Positions 29,382 to 39,074 of a stretch of DNA of 64,000 nucleotides are shown in pieces; the stretch's first letter is position 1, and the number at the start of each line of letters is the position of its first letter. Location: contig CAWJOZ010000001.1 of assembly GCA_963844615.1 (NCBI GenBank), forward strand, positions 204,577-268,576, in the 5' to 3' direction. The position numbers and the translations under genes were made by a program. Source of the stretch: an uncultured Acidimicrobiaceae bacterium (GTDB taxonomy: Bacteria; Actinomycetota; Acidimicrobiia; Acidimicrobiales; RAAP-2). The notes beneath the pieces were generated by a model. It was not told the DNA's origin and did not search any database. It was given only the letters and a program-made list of their open reading frames with translations.

Positions 29382-30148
29382 AGGCTCTCGCGATCGTCGG
29401 CGGTGCGGGTCGCATGGGCCAAGCCCTCGGCGAAGGACTGGCCGCGACGGGGCGATTTACGATCGGCGCACTCGTCGACCAATACGAACCGCGCGAACTT
29501 TTTGGTTCTCGCTGGGTCGCCTCTCTCGACGACCTGGAGGCCGATGTCATCGACGCCGTGGTCGACTTCTCCTCGCCCGAGGGCGTTTCGCACTCGGCTG
29601 GCTGGTGTGCGCTGAACGTGGTGCCGCTCGTGGTAGGTACGACGGGACTCACTCCCGACCAGCGCCTGGGTCTAGAGGATGCGGCTACCCGAGTGGGTGT
29701 CGTCGTCGCATCCAACTTCTCGGTGGGAGCCGTGCTCGCCGAGCGTTTCGCCGCCGCCGCCGCGCCGTACTTCGATCGTGTCGAAATCATCGAGCTGCAC
29801 CACGACAAGAAGGTGGACGCGCCCTCCGGCACGTCGATTACGACTGCGCGGGCCATCGCCAGCGCGCGGCGTGCGACGGGTGCAGATGCGTTGGTCGAGC
29901 CGACGTCGCGTGTCACGATCGAAGGCGCGCGCGGCGCGCGCGGCGAAGACGGCGTCGTCATACACTCGGTGCGTCTGCCCGGGCTCGTGGCCCATCAAGA
30001 AGTGCTCTTTGGCGCGCCCGGTGAGGGCCTCACCATTCGCCACGACTCTTTCGATCGTCAGAGTTTCGTCCACGGCGTCGCGCTCGCACTCGACGCCGTC
30101 TCGACAACACCCGGACTGATCGACGGCATCTCTGGGCTCCTGGCCTAG
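29378..30148 (+). CDS. dapB: 4-hydroxy-tetrahydrodipicolinate reductase
   Basis: 'GGAGRMG', 'VVGTTG', 'ASNFSVG', 'IELHHDKKVDAPSGT', 'HSVRLPG'. Confidence 0.96.
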   Translation: MKALAIVGGAGRMGQALGEGLAATGRFTIGALVDQYEPRELFGSRWVASLDDLEADVIDAVVDFSSPEGVSHSAGWCALNVVPLVVGTTGLTPDQRLGLEDAATRVGVVVASNFSVGAVLAERFAAAAAPYFDRVEIIELHHDKKVDAPSGTSITTARAIASARRATGADALVEPTSRVTIEGARGARGEDGVVIHSVRLPGLVAHQEVLFGAPGEGLTIRHDSFDRQSFVHGVALALDAVSTTPGLIDGISGLLA

Positions 30149-30186
30149 CGGCTCGCTTCGGCCAGGGTGACTGGTAACTTCGTACT

Positions 30187-31083
30187 ATGAGTGAGCCCCG
30201 TTTTGGACGCGTTCTCACGGCCATGGTGACGCCATTTCACGCAGACGGTTCGCTCAATCTCGACGTCGCCGCGCAACTAGCCAAGTTCCTCGTGAGTCAA
30301 GGCAGCGAGGGTCTCGTGGTCGGCGGCTCCACGGGAGAAGGCTCGTCGTTGAGCGACGACGAGAAGCTCGACCTCTTTGCCTGCGTGGCCGAGGCCGTGA
30401 GCGTTCCGGTGCTCGCGGGCAGCACGTTCGCCAACACCCAGCAGTCCGTCGCTCTCACCACCCAGGTCAAAGCGACCGGGGTGGCGGGCGTGCTCGCGAC
30501 CACGCCGGCCTACGCGCGACCGAACCAGGCGGGTATCGCCGGTCACCTCGGCGCGATCGCCGAGAGCACGCCGCTTGACGTCATGCTCTACGACATTCCG
30601 AGTCGCACCGGGCGAAAGATCGAGTCGGCCACCACGATCGAACTGGTTCGCTCCCACAAGAACATCGTCGCGATGAAGGACGCCTCGGGCGATACGGCCC
30701 AGGCGGCCCACACCAAGTCGGTGCTCGGTGACGAGCTCGACCTCTACAGCGGCGATGACTCGATGTTGCTGGCCTTTCTGGGCGTGGGTGCGCTCGGCAT
30801 CGTCTCGGTTGCGGCCCACTGGGCGGGTCCCGAAGTCGCGGGCATCGTGCACGCCGCCGTGAGCGGCGACTGGGACGAAGCGTGGCGTTTCAACGAGCGC
30901 GCGCGCGAGAGCTTTCTCTTCGAGAGTTCTGACGCCTATCCCAATCCGATGCCGAGTAAGGCCGCCATGCGGGCCCTCGGCATCGCCGTGGGGGAGTGCC
31001 GACTCCCGCACGGACCCAGCGACGCGGACCTGGACGCTCGGGCGTCCCAAGTGGTCTCGGCGCTTACGAGCACTCGTGCCTGA
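30187..31083 (+). CDS. dapA: 4-hydroxy-tetrahydrodipicolinate synthase
   Basis: 'TAMVTPF', 'GSTGEG', 'LYDIPSRTG', Schiff-base 'MKDASG', 'YSGDD'. Confidence 0.95.
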   Translation: MSEPRFGRVLTAMVTPFHADGSLNLDVAAQLAKFLVSQGSEGLVVGGSTGEGSSLSDDEKLDLFACVAEAVSVPVLAGSTFANTQQSVALTTQVKATGVAGVLATTPAYARPNQAGIAGHLGAIAESTPLDVMLYDIPSRTGRKIESATTIELVRSHKNIVAMKDASGDTAQAAHTKSVLGDELDLYSGDDSMLLAFLGVGALGIVSVAAHWAGPEVAGIVHAAVSGDWDEAWRFNERARESFLFESSDAYPNPMPSKAAMRALGIAVGECRLPHGPSDADLDARASQVVSALTSTRA

Positions 31084-32734
31084 CTCCGTTCGCGTTACGT
31101 TCCTCGGTGGGCTGGGCGAAATCGGCCGAAACTGTGCGGCGATCGAACAGGACGGTCGCATCGTGGTCGTCGACGTCGGGCTCATGTTTCCCGAGCCCAC
31201 GATGTACGGCGTCGACATCATCCTGCCGGATTTTCGCTGGCTGATCGAACGAAAGGACCGCGTGGATGCGATCGTGCTCACCCACGGTCACGAAGACCAC
31301 ACCGGTTCCCTGCGGTACCTGGTCAAGGACGTCAACGTCCCCATCTACGGCTCCGCTTTGACGTTGGGCTTCGCACGACACCGTCTGACCGAGGCCAAAG
31401 TCGCCCAGGACCTCACGTTCATCGAAGTCACCGACGGTGAGCGTCGGCGCATCGGTCCCTTTGAGGTCGAGTTCATTCCCGTGACCCACTCGGTGCCGAG
31501 TGCCTACGCGTTGGCCTTCCACACCAAGGTGGGAGCGATCGTTCACTCGGGGGACTTCAAACTCGACCTCACGCCCGTCGACGGTCGGCGCACAAACCTC
31601 AATCGCCTGGCGGCCCTCGGCGACGAAGGAGTGACGCTGCTGCTCGCGGACTCTACCAACGCCGAAGAACCCGGATTCACGCCCTCGGAGAGCAGCGTTG
31701 GGGTGGCCCTGCGTCGCCTCTTTTTGGAACGACCGACTCGGCGCATGGTCGTGGCGTGCTTCGCCAGCCACATCCACCGCATTCAGCAGATCGCCGATAT
31801 CGCCCACGGCACCGGTCGCAAGATCGCCTTCATGGGTCGCTCAATGGAAGCCAACGTCAAACTGGCGCGCAAGTTGCACATGCTGCGGGTCGATCCGGCG
31901 GACATCATCGACGTGGAGAATGTCAGCCGCTTTCCCCCCGGCGAGGTCTGCATCGTGTGCACCGGTACTCAGGGCGAGCCTCTGGCCGTGCTCTCCAAGT
32001 TGTCTCGTGGCGACGCGCGCAACTTCAAGGTCGGCGCCGACGACACCATCATCTTGAGTTCGCACCCGATACCCGGCAACGAGTGGTCGGTCGGTCGGGT
32101 GATCGACGACCTCAATCGCGAGGGCACCGAGGTGATCGACTCAAGCCGCGAGCCGGTGCACGCCTCGGGACACGCGCGTCAGGGAGAACTGCGCACGTTT
32201 CAGCAGATCCTTCGACCCCAGAACTTTATTCCGGTGCACGGTGAGTATCGCCACATGGTCCACCACGCCGATCTGGCCCGCTCCATGGGACTCAACTCGC
32301 GTCACGTACTGATCTGTGAAGACGGGGATCAGGTCGAGGTGACGGCCAAAGGGATACGGCGCACCGGCCAAGTCCCCGCCGGCTTTCACTACATCGACGG
32401 CAGCGCGGGTGACTTCGATGAGCGCCCGCTCGAGGAGCGGCGCATGCTCGCCGAGTACGGCGTGCTGTTGATCTCGGCCGGGGTCGACCGGGATCTCGGC
32501 AAGATCGCTCAGCCCGTGAGCGTGTCGGCGCGCGGCTGGTTCGAGGGCGCGGGCGACGCCGAGCTGATTCAGCACGTGACGAGTTCGGTGCGCGCGGCCA
32601 TCGAAGAGGCGATCGCCGAGGGGAACTTCGACGCCGAGTCCCTCTCGAAGGTGGCCCAGCGCAGCGCCGGCCGTCTCTTGGGCCAGCGATACCGCCGACA
32701 GCCGGTCATTTTGCCGGCCGTGATCGTCCTATAG
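31076..32734 (+). CDS. rnj: ribonuclease J
   Basis: 'LGGLGEIGRN', 'LTHGHEDH', 'HSGDFK', 'ADSTNA', 'HASGH', 'PVHGEYRH'. Confidence 0.96.
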   Translation: MPDSVRVTFLGGLGEIGRNCAAIEQDGRIVVVDVGLMFPEPTMYGVDIILPDFRWLIERKDRVDAIVLTHGHEDHTGSLRYLVKDVNVPIYGSALTLGFARHRLTEAKVAQDLTFIEVTDGERRRIGPFEVEFIPVTHSVPSAYALAFHTKVGAIVHSGDFKLDLTPVDGRRTNLNRLAALGDEGVTLLLADSTNAEEPGFTPSESSVGVALRRLFLERPTRRMVVACFASHIHRIQQIADIAHGTGRKIAFMGRSMEANVKLARKLHMLRVDPADIIDVENVSRFPPGEVCIVCTGTQGEPLAVLSKLSRGDARNFKVGADDTIILSSHPIPGNEWSVGRVIDDLNREGTEVIDSSREPVHASGHARQGELRTFQQILRPQNFIPVHGEYRHMVHHADLARSMGLNSRHVLICEDGDQVEVTAKGIRRTGQVPAGFHYIDGSAGDFDERPLEERRMLAEYGVLLISAGVDRDLGKIAQPVSVSARGWFEGAGDAELIQHVTSSVRAAIEEAIAEGNFDAESLSKVAQRSAGRLLGQRYRRQPVILPAVIVL

Positions 32735-32739
32735 AACGA

Positions 32740-33507
32740 CTAGGACTTGTCGGGCTCGCCGTGTTCGGCGTTGCTCAGCCCGTAGCGCCAGTAGGGCTTG
32801 TGGCTGATCTGCTCGGGCGCGAGCCCGCGGTCCAACATCGCGCTCAGCATCGCGCGCATCACGTGGAACTCACCGAAGAGGTACGAGTGACCGAGGTCCG
32901 GTGGGAGTTCGAAGGCGGCCAGGCCGCCAAAGAGGCCCGCGGGATCGTTGAGCTCGCGACCGCGTCGCTCGACGAAGATCCCCGTTACCCCGAGCCCCTC
33001 GTCGAAGGTCGCGGGCAGGGCGTCATCGGGCGCGTCGATCTCGATGATGAAGATGGCCCGTCCGGGCACCTCGATGCTCTCGGCCATGCGATAGGCCGCG
33101 GCGAGTGCGCTGACGTCGCCCATGAACAGATGCCAGTCGGCGACGGGGTCGAGGGGAATCTTGCCGCGGGGTCCGATCATGTCGATCTCGTCGCCCGGTT
33201 GGGCATTCTCGACCCAGACGCTGCCCGGCCCGACGTGGTCCGTCGTCACCCACAACGTAAGTTCGTCGCTCGCGGCGTCCACCGAACGCACGCTGTAGCG
33301 GCGACTCACGAGTCGTCCGTTCGCGTCATCGAGGCGAATCATCACGTCGTTACCCGGGACACCGGCCAATGTCTCGGCCGGTCCACTGAGCGTGATCGCT
33401 ATTACCGAGGTACTAAGACGTTGGGTTCCCACCACTTTGCACCGCGCGGCAGTCGATCCCGTGCGCTCGGCGAGGCGCAGGGTTGAGGGGTCGGGTTCAG
33501 TCGTCAC
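32740..33507 (-). CDS. siderophore-interacting protein (FAD-binding, ViuB-like)
   Basis: 'RRYSVR', 'GPGSVW', 'GPRG', 'LFMGDVSALAA', C-terminal 'YWR'. GTG 33507 with an AGGA RBS. Confidence 0.8.
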   Translation of the reverse strand: MTTEPDPSTLRLAERTGSTAARCKVVGTQRLSTSVIAITLSGPAETLAGVPGNDVMIRLDDANGRLVSRRYSVRSVDAASDELTLWVTTDHVGPGSVWVENAQPGDEIDMIGPRGKIPLDPVADWHLFMGDVSALAAAYRMAESIEVPGRAIFIIEIDAPDDALPATFDEGLGVTGIFVERRGRELNDPAGLFGGLAAFELPPDLGHSYLFGEFHVMRAMLSAMLDRGLAPEQISHKPYWRYGLSNAEHGEPDKS

Positions 33508-33712
33508 GACGCTAGATCCTAGGGCGCGCCCAAGAAGGGCTAGTCGGCCGCAGAGTCGAGAAACATGACGGTGTATGTGCAAAATGCAGCGCGCCGCGAC
33601 GGGCGCACCTCCGGAGACACGCTCAGACGTGGTTGAGACCGCCTGATCACGCTCGCCCCTCTCGAACGTCGGTCGAGTGGTTCAAGAAACGAACCGGTCG
33701 TTAGTAAGTTAG

Positions 33713-36070
33713 ATGGTTGTGGCACCAGCGCGGCACCAAAAAACGCCGGTAAAAAAGACGGTATCTCGCGCTCGCGCGAAGAGCGTGGCCGAACCCAACC
33801 TCTGGCAGCGCCACGAGCGCGACTTCTCAATAGTGGCCCTCTTCGTGGTCGGTCTCTTTGTCGGTCTGGCCGACGTTCACGCCCTGGGACCGGTGGGTCG
33901 CCAGATCTCGCGCGGTCTCTCTGACGCGCTGGGAGTCGGACGGTTTGGCCTGGCCATCATCTTGTTGGTGCTGGGGGTGGTGTTGGTGTCGGGCAAGGTC
34001 GAGTTCGACCAGACCCGCGCGGTGTGGGGCGGGGTCTTTGCCCTCGTGACGGTCTGCGGTATGGCCGACCTCGCGGGAGGCAAGCCCGGTATTCACGCGA
34101 CGACCCACGCGCTCGCTCAGTCGGGCGGCTGGCTCGGCGTGGGAACCGGAGGAGCACTCGCGAGTTGGATCGGCGCCGCCGGGTCGACGATCGTGCTCAT
34201 CGCGCTCTTCGTCGTGGCCGTCATCGTGGTCACGGGCGTGGGGTTGCGGGGTCTGTTGGTCGGAATCGGCACCGGCGTGGCGGCGACCGGGCGACTGCTT
34301 GGGCGCTGGTGGGTGGTGCGTCCACGTCGTGACGACGAGGCATCCACCGACGACGAGATCATTCCGATCTCGCGCGCCCGCGCGAGCTCACGTGAGTATG
34401 AACCTGAACCGGTCTTCGAATTCGACGAAACCGAAGTCGACGACGAGGTCGACGAGGAGTACGAGGAAGAAGACGAGGAGTACGAGGACGAGTACGACGA
34501 AGAGGCGGAGGACTTCGAGGAAGAGACCCAGAGCGAACGGGTGCTCTACGTCAGCCCGCCCAGTGAGTGGGAACTCCCGCCGCTCGCTCTCTTAGGGCGC
34601 ACGCGCGACCAGCGGCTGGATCGCGGGCTGACCGACGCGGCCGGCGAAGAACTGGTCGACGCCTTGGCCGCTCACGGAGTGGAAACGTCCCTGGTGGGCT
34701 ACACCGTGGGACCCACGGTCACCCGATTCGAACTGGAACTGGGACCCGGGGTCAAGGTCTCGCGCGTGACCTCTCTCAACAAGGACATCGCCTACGCCAT
34801 GGCCTCGCCCGACGTACGCATCTTGGCTCCGATACCGGGGCGATCGGCGATCGGCGTCGAGGTGCCCAATCGCCAACGTTCGCTGGTCGTCCTGGGTGAT
34901 CTGCTTTCGTCGGACGAGGCAACGGCGGCCACTCATCCCTTGGACGTCCCGCTCGGGCGCGACATCGCCGGGCGCACCGTCATCGTGAACCTCGGCGAGA
35001 TGCCCCACGTCCTGATCTCGGGGGCCACCGGAGCGGGCAAAAGTTCGGCTATGAACTCACTGATCACCAGTCTCGTCATGCGCGCCACGCCCGATCAGTT
35101 GCGCCTCTTGTTGATCGATCCCAAGCGCGTCGAGATGAGTCACTACAACGACCTGCCCCACCTGCTCTCTCCGGTCGTGGTGGACCCCAAGAAGGCGGCG
35201 AGCGCGTTGCACTGGGCCGTAAAGGAGATGGAGCGTCGCTACGATCTGCTCGCCGAGTGCGGCGTTCGCGATATCACCAGCTACCAACAGATGCTGGCCC
35301 GCGGCGAGATCGAGGTGGAGCCCAGCTCACGCGAGTTGGTGGCCGACGCCTTCGAGCGCGCGACCGGCCTGCCCTCCGAGGCGGCGCCGATGGGTCCCGA
35401 GGAACTGCCCTACATCGTGATCCTCGTGGACGAGCTCAATGACCTCATGATGGTGGCGGCACGCGACGTGGAGGAGTCGGTCGTGCGCATCGCCCAGATG
35501 GCCCGCGCGGTGGGCATCCACTTGGTGCTCGCGACCCAGCGCCCGAGCGTGGACGTGATTACCGGGGTCATCAAGGCCAACATTCCCAGTCGCATGGCCT
35601 TCGCCGTGTCGTCGCTCGCCGACAGCCGCGTCATTTTGGACCAGGCCGGGGCCGAGCGACTCATCGGCAAGGGGGACATGCTGCTCGTCACCGCCTCGAG
35701 CAACATCGCTCGTCGACTCCAATCGCCGTGGGTCTCCGAAGAAGAAGTGCGTCGCGTCGTCGAAGCGTGGCGTCGCCAGGGCGGTCGTCGTGAGTCCGTC
35801 GTCGCCCTCGACGTTCCCGCGTCGCGAGGCGGGTCGGGCTCTGGTTCGAGCGACGACGACGAGATCTTTCGACAGGCCCGTGAGATCGTCATCCGAACGC
35901 AGTCGGGATCGACCTCGATGCTCCAGCGTAAGTTGCGCGTGGGTTTCGCGCGCGCCGGGCGCATCATGGATCAACTGGAAATAGAAGGAGTTGTCGCCCC
36001 CGGTGACGGCTCCAAGGCCCGCAAAGTCCTCGTCTCGCCCGAAGAGTACGACGAACAGACGTCGCTGTAG
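33713..36070 (+). CDS. ftsK: DNA translocase FtsK
   Basis: N-terminal TM domain, 'GPTVTRFEL', Walker A 'GATGAGKS', 'VDELNDLMM', 'ATQRPSVDV', gamma domain 'MLQRKLRVGFARAGRIMDQLE'. Confidence 0.96.
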   Translation: MVVAPARHQKTPVKKTVSRARAKSVAEPNLWQRHERDFSIVALFVVGLFVGLADVHALGPVGRQISRGLSDALGVGRFGLAIILLVLGVVLVSGKVEFDQTRAVWGGVFALVTVCGMADLAGGKPGIHATTHALAQSGGWLGVGTGGALASWIGAAGSTIVLIALFVVAVIVVTGVGLRGLLVGIGTGVAATGRLLGRWWVVRPRRDDEASTDDEIIPISRARASSREYEPEPVFEFDETEVDDEVDEEYEEEDEEYEDEYDEEAEDFEEETQSERVLYVSPPSEWELPPLALLGRTRDQRLDRGLTDAAGEELVDALAAHGVETSLVGYTVGPTVTRFELELGPGVKVSRVTSLNKDIAYAMASPDVRILAPIPGRSAIGVEVPNRQRSLVVLGDLLSSDEATAATHPLDVPLGRDIAGRTVIVNLGEMPHVLISGATGAGKSSAMNSLITSLVMRATPDQLRLLLIDPKRVEMSHYNDLPHLLSPVVVDPKKAASALHWAVKEMERRYDLLAECGVRDITSYQQMLARGEIEVEPSSRELVADAFERATGLPSEAAPMGPEELPYIVILVDELNDLMMVAARDVEESVVRIAQMARAVGIHLVLATQRPSVDVITGVIKANIPSRMAFAVSSLADSRVILDQAGAERLIGKGDMLLVTASSNIARRLQSPWVSEEEVRRVVEAWRRQGGRRESVVALDVPASRGGSGSGSSDDDEIFRQAREIVIRTQSGSTSMLQRKLRVGFARAGRIMDQLEIEGVVAPGDGSKARKVLVSPEEYDEQTSL

Positions 36071-36072
36071 TT

Positions 36073-37295
36073 TTGGCGCGTCACTCGGCTGCACCCCATC
36101 CGCGCCGACGCGGTGTCTTCACGCGCTTCGTCGGCGTGCTCCTCGGTGCGATCATCGCCGTCGCCGGCGTGGTGGCCATGCAGATCCCGCTGTTGCATCG
36201 TCCGGCGCGCACCTACATCGCCCTACCGACGGCCGTTGCGTCGGCGACGTCGGCGGCCCTGGTGTGGCCCAGTGTGGGTTCGGCCGCGCTCGACATTCCC
36301 TCCCTGGGGGTGCTCACGAGCTATCACCAGGCGGTCGTGCCGATCGCGAGTCTCACCAAGATGATGACCGCGTACGTCGCTCTCCAAGACCTGCCACTCT
36401 CGATCGGCGAAACCGGTCCGTGCCACACCGTCACGAGCGACGACATGGAGACCTATAACCGACTAATTGGTCTGGACGCGTCCAGCGTCCCCGTCGTGGT
36501 GGGGAGCAGCTCTGCGAGAACCAGCTGCTCGAAGGTGTGCTCGTGCACTCGGCGGCGAACTACGCGGTCATGTTGGCCAACATGACGGGGAACTCATACA
36601 CGGACTTTGTTGCGGTGATGAATGAGGAGGCCCAGACGCTGGGCCTGACCCAGACGACGTACGTGGACGTGACCGGGCTGTCGGACGAGGACGTCTCCAC
36701 CGCGACCGATCAGGCGCGGCTCGCCGCGGTGCTGATGACCTCGGCGCTGGTGCGATCGATCGTGATTCAAACGAGCGTGATTCTGCCCGTGGGCGGCGTT
36801 GAGAACTCCTTCACCCCCGACGTGGGCATCGACAACGTGATTGGCGTGAAGTCGGGGCGTACATTGGCCGCGGGCGGGTGCGACGTCATGGCCGTCACCT
36901 TTCAAGACGGGGACGCCACCCACGTGCTCTACGCGGTTGTTCTCGGCCAGCAGGGCGGTGACCTGTTGACCCCGGCGGGCGAGGCGGCCCTGGCGTTGGC
37001 GAACTCGGCCGTCGCGAGTCGCCAGCACTACACGTTTGCCGCCCACCGCGCCTTTGGCGAGCTCGCCTACAACGGTCGACGCGTGGGCTTTGGACTTGCG
37101 ACGTCGCGAGAGTTTTGGTGGTGGCCGGCGCAAGGACGACTGCACGTACGAGTGCATCTCAGACGCATTACCCGCAACGTGCGACGTAATGAAGTCGTCG
37201 GTCGTCTCACCGTGAGCGGACCGGTTCACGCGACGCTGGTGCTGCGCGCGTTGGGTTCGCTCAGCGCCCCCACACTTCTCCAGCGCCTACGCTGA
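36073..37295 (+). pseudogene. D-alanyl-D-alanine carboxypeptidase (S11), split by a -1 frameshift in the G-run at 36501-36504
   Basis: SxxK 'ASLTKMMTA' in the first frame; 'SAAN' and 'KSG' in the second. One extra G restores 'VGEQLCENQLLEGVLVHSAAN' (span 1223 = 3n+2). Confidence 0.8.
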
Positions 37296-37299
37296 ACTG

Positions 37300-38145
37300 A
37301 TGTTTGCGCGCGCCCCGGCGACCTCGGCCAACCTCGGGCCGGGTTTTGACGCGCTGGCCGTCGCCCTCGGCCTGTACGTGGAGGTCACCCTGGATCTCGC
37401 CGATGAGTTCGGCATCTCGAGCGAGGGATGCGGGGCCGGACTCTACGACGACGAGAACCACTTAGCCGCACGCGTCGCCCGCAGTGTCCTGGGCCACTCG
37501 AACTTCGCCCTGCACGTGAGCTCGTCGATCCCGTTGTCGCGCGGGTTGGGTTCGTCAGCCGCGCTGGCGGTCGCCGCGGCGGCCGCGGCCGGTTCAACGG
37601 ATCCCTTGAGCGTTGCCGCCAAACACGACGGTCACGCCGAGAACGCTGCGGCTTCGGTCCTCGGGGGTTTGGTCGTCGCGCGAGTAGAGGGTGAGGACGT
37701 GGTCGCGCGCTCACTGCCACTCGATGACGCGTGGCGCTTCGTAGTGGTCGTGCCCGACCAGGAACTGGCCACGAGTGACGCTCGCCTGGCGCTCCCGAAG
37801 CGCGTCCTCTTTAGCGACGCCGTGCACAACTTGAGTGCGCTCGGCCTGCTGATCGCGGGCCTCGGCGATCACACCAAGTTCGTGGCGTCCTCGATGGAAG
37901 ACGTGCTGCACCAGCCCTATCGCGCCGAGTTGCTGCCCTTCGCCGATGATCTGCTGGGCGCGCTACGCGAGGCGGGAGCGGCGGGCTCGTGCTGGTCGGG
38001 TGCCGGGTCGTCGATGCTGGGACTGGTCACGAGTGAGAACGCTCCCGACGTCGCGTTATCGGCGAAGGAGTTCTTGCACACCCGATCGATTCCGGGCGAG
38101 GTCTTCACCCTCGACGCGAATCGTTCGGGTCTGGTTACGCGTTGA
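37300..38145 (+). CDS. thrB: homoserine kinase
   Basis: 'PATSANLGPGFD', GHMP motif 'IPLSRGLGSSAA', 'DGHAEN', 'WSGAGSS'. Confidence 0.88.
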   Translation: MFARAPATSANLGPGFDALAVALGLYVEVTLDLADEFGISSEGCGAGLYDDENHLAARVARSVLGHSNFALHVSSSIPLSRGLGSSAALAVAAAAAAGSTDPLSVAAKHDGHAENAAASVLGGLVVARVEGEDVVARSLPLDDAWRFVVVVPDQELATSDARLALPKRVLFSDAVHNLSALGLLIAGLGDHTKFVASSMEDVLHQPYRAELLPFADDLLGALREAGAAGSCWSGAGSSMLGLVTSENAPDVALSAKEFLHTRSIPGEVFTLDANRSGLVTR

Positions 38146-39020
38146 ACGATCACGTCTCGCGCGTCGACGTCCGGACGCTGAGCGGCGCAGGATTTCTCCT
38201 GGCTGGTGTGGTTCTCGTTCAGTGGAGCGCGGCGCTAGTGGTGCCGGTCTTTCCCGTGCTCGGCGCCTCGGCGACCAGCGCCTGGCGCTTTCTCATCGGG
38301 GCCGTCGTCTTACTCGTCATGACGCGACCGGACCTTCGAACCTGGACGCGAACGCAGTGGATCGGGGCGTGCGCACTGGGCGTCTCCACCGCGTTCATGA
38401 ATCAGTGCTTCTACCAAGCCCTCGCTCGTATCCCGCTCGGGGGAGCGGTCGCCATCGAGTTTCTTGGCCCCCTGTGCGTCGCGGCATTAGGTCGGCGCAG
38501 TCTGCGTCACTTCGCCTTCGTCGTCCTCGCAGGACTAGGCGTTCTCGCACTGACTCACCCGGGCAACGGTCTGACGCTCGTCGGCGTTCTCTTTGCGGCG
38601 GGCTCGGGACTGGGGTGGGCGCTCTACGTGATCTCGGCCGCGCGGGTGGGCGGACTCACGCGCGGCTTCGACGGACTGGCGGTCTCGATGTCGATCGCCG
38701 CGATCGTGACGCTGCCGTTCTCGCTTCCCAAGACCGGCCAACTCGTTGCCCATCCCGACACGTTGGCGCGCCTGGCCATCGTGGCCGTCATGGCGATCGT
38801 GCTGAGCTTCGGGGCGGACCTGCAGGGACTGCGCCGCGTGCACTCCTCGGTCGCCGGGGTCCTCCTGGCCTTCGACCCGGCGGTCGCCTTTCTCATCGGT
38901 TGGTTGCTGTTGAATCAGACGGTGAGCGTCTGGGACTTCGTGGGACTGGCCTGCGTCATGGTCGCCGGGGTAGCCGTCACCTATGACTCCAGCGTCGCTG
39001 GGGTAGGCGTCGCTCCGTAG
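38142..39020 (+). CDS. EamA/DMT family transporter (RhtA-like)
   Basis: About 10 TM helices, 'FYQALARIPLGGAVAIEFLGPL', two EamA repeats. Confidence 0.85.
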   Translation: MNDHVSRVDVRTLSGAGFLLAGVVLVQWSAALVVPVFPVLGASATSAWRFLIGAVVLLVMTRPDLRTWTRTQWIGACALGVSTAFMNQCFYQALARIPLGGAVAIEFLGPLCVAALGRRSLRHFAFVVLAGLGVLALTHPGNGLTLVGVLFAAGSGLGWALYVISAARVGGLTRGFDGLAVSMSIAAIVTLPFSLPKTGQLVAHPDTLARLAIVAVMAIVLSFGADLQGLRRVHSSVAGVLLAFDPAVAFLIGWLLLNQTVSVWDFVGLACVMVAGVAVTYDSSVAGVGVAP

Positions 39021-39074
39021 CTGTCCCGCTCGGGAACGCCGTGGGCTCCAAATGGGCACCGTTAGGCTAATCAG

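Noticed and set aside
33661-33705. CGAAC-containing sequences upstream of ftsK as SOS boxes
   Set aside because: Right half-sites have three or more mismatches or wrong spacing compared with the clear boxes at 47090 and 54646.
34430-34530. Repetitive GAG/GAC/TAC tract resembling an array
   Set aside because: It encodes the acidic linker of FtsK; there is no repeat-spacer structure, so it is not CRISPR.
39061-39072. GTTAGGCTAA resembling the core of an IdeR/DtxR box before miaB
   Set aside because: Only the central part of the 19-bp consensus matches. TAGGCT is better explained as a -10 element; the same hexamer precedes tRNA-Cys.
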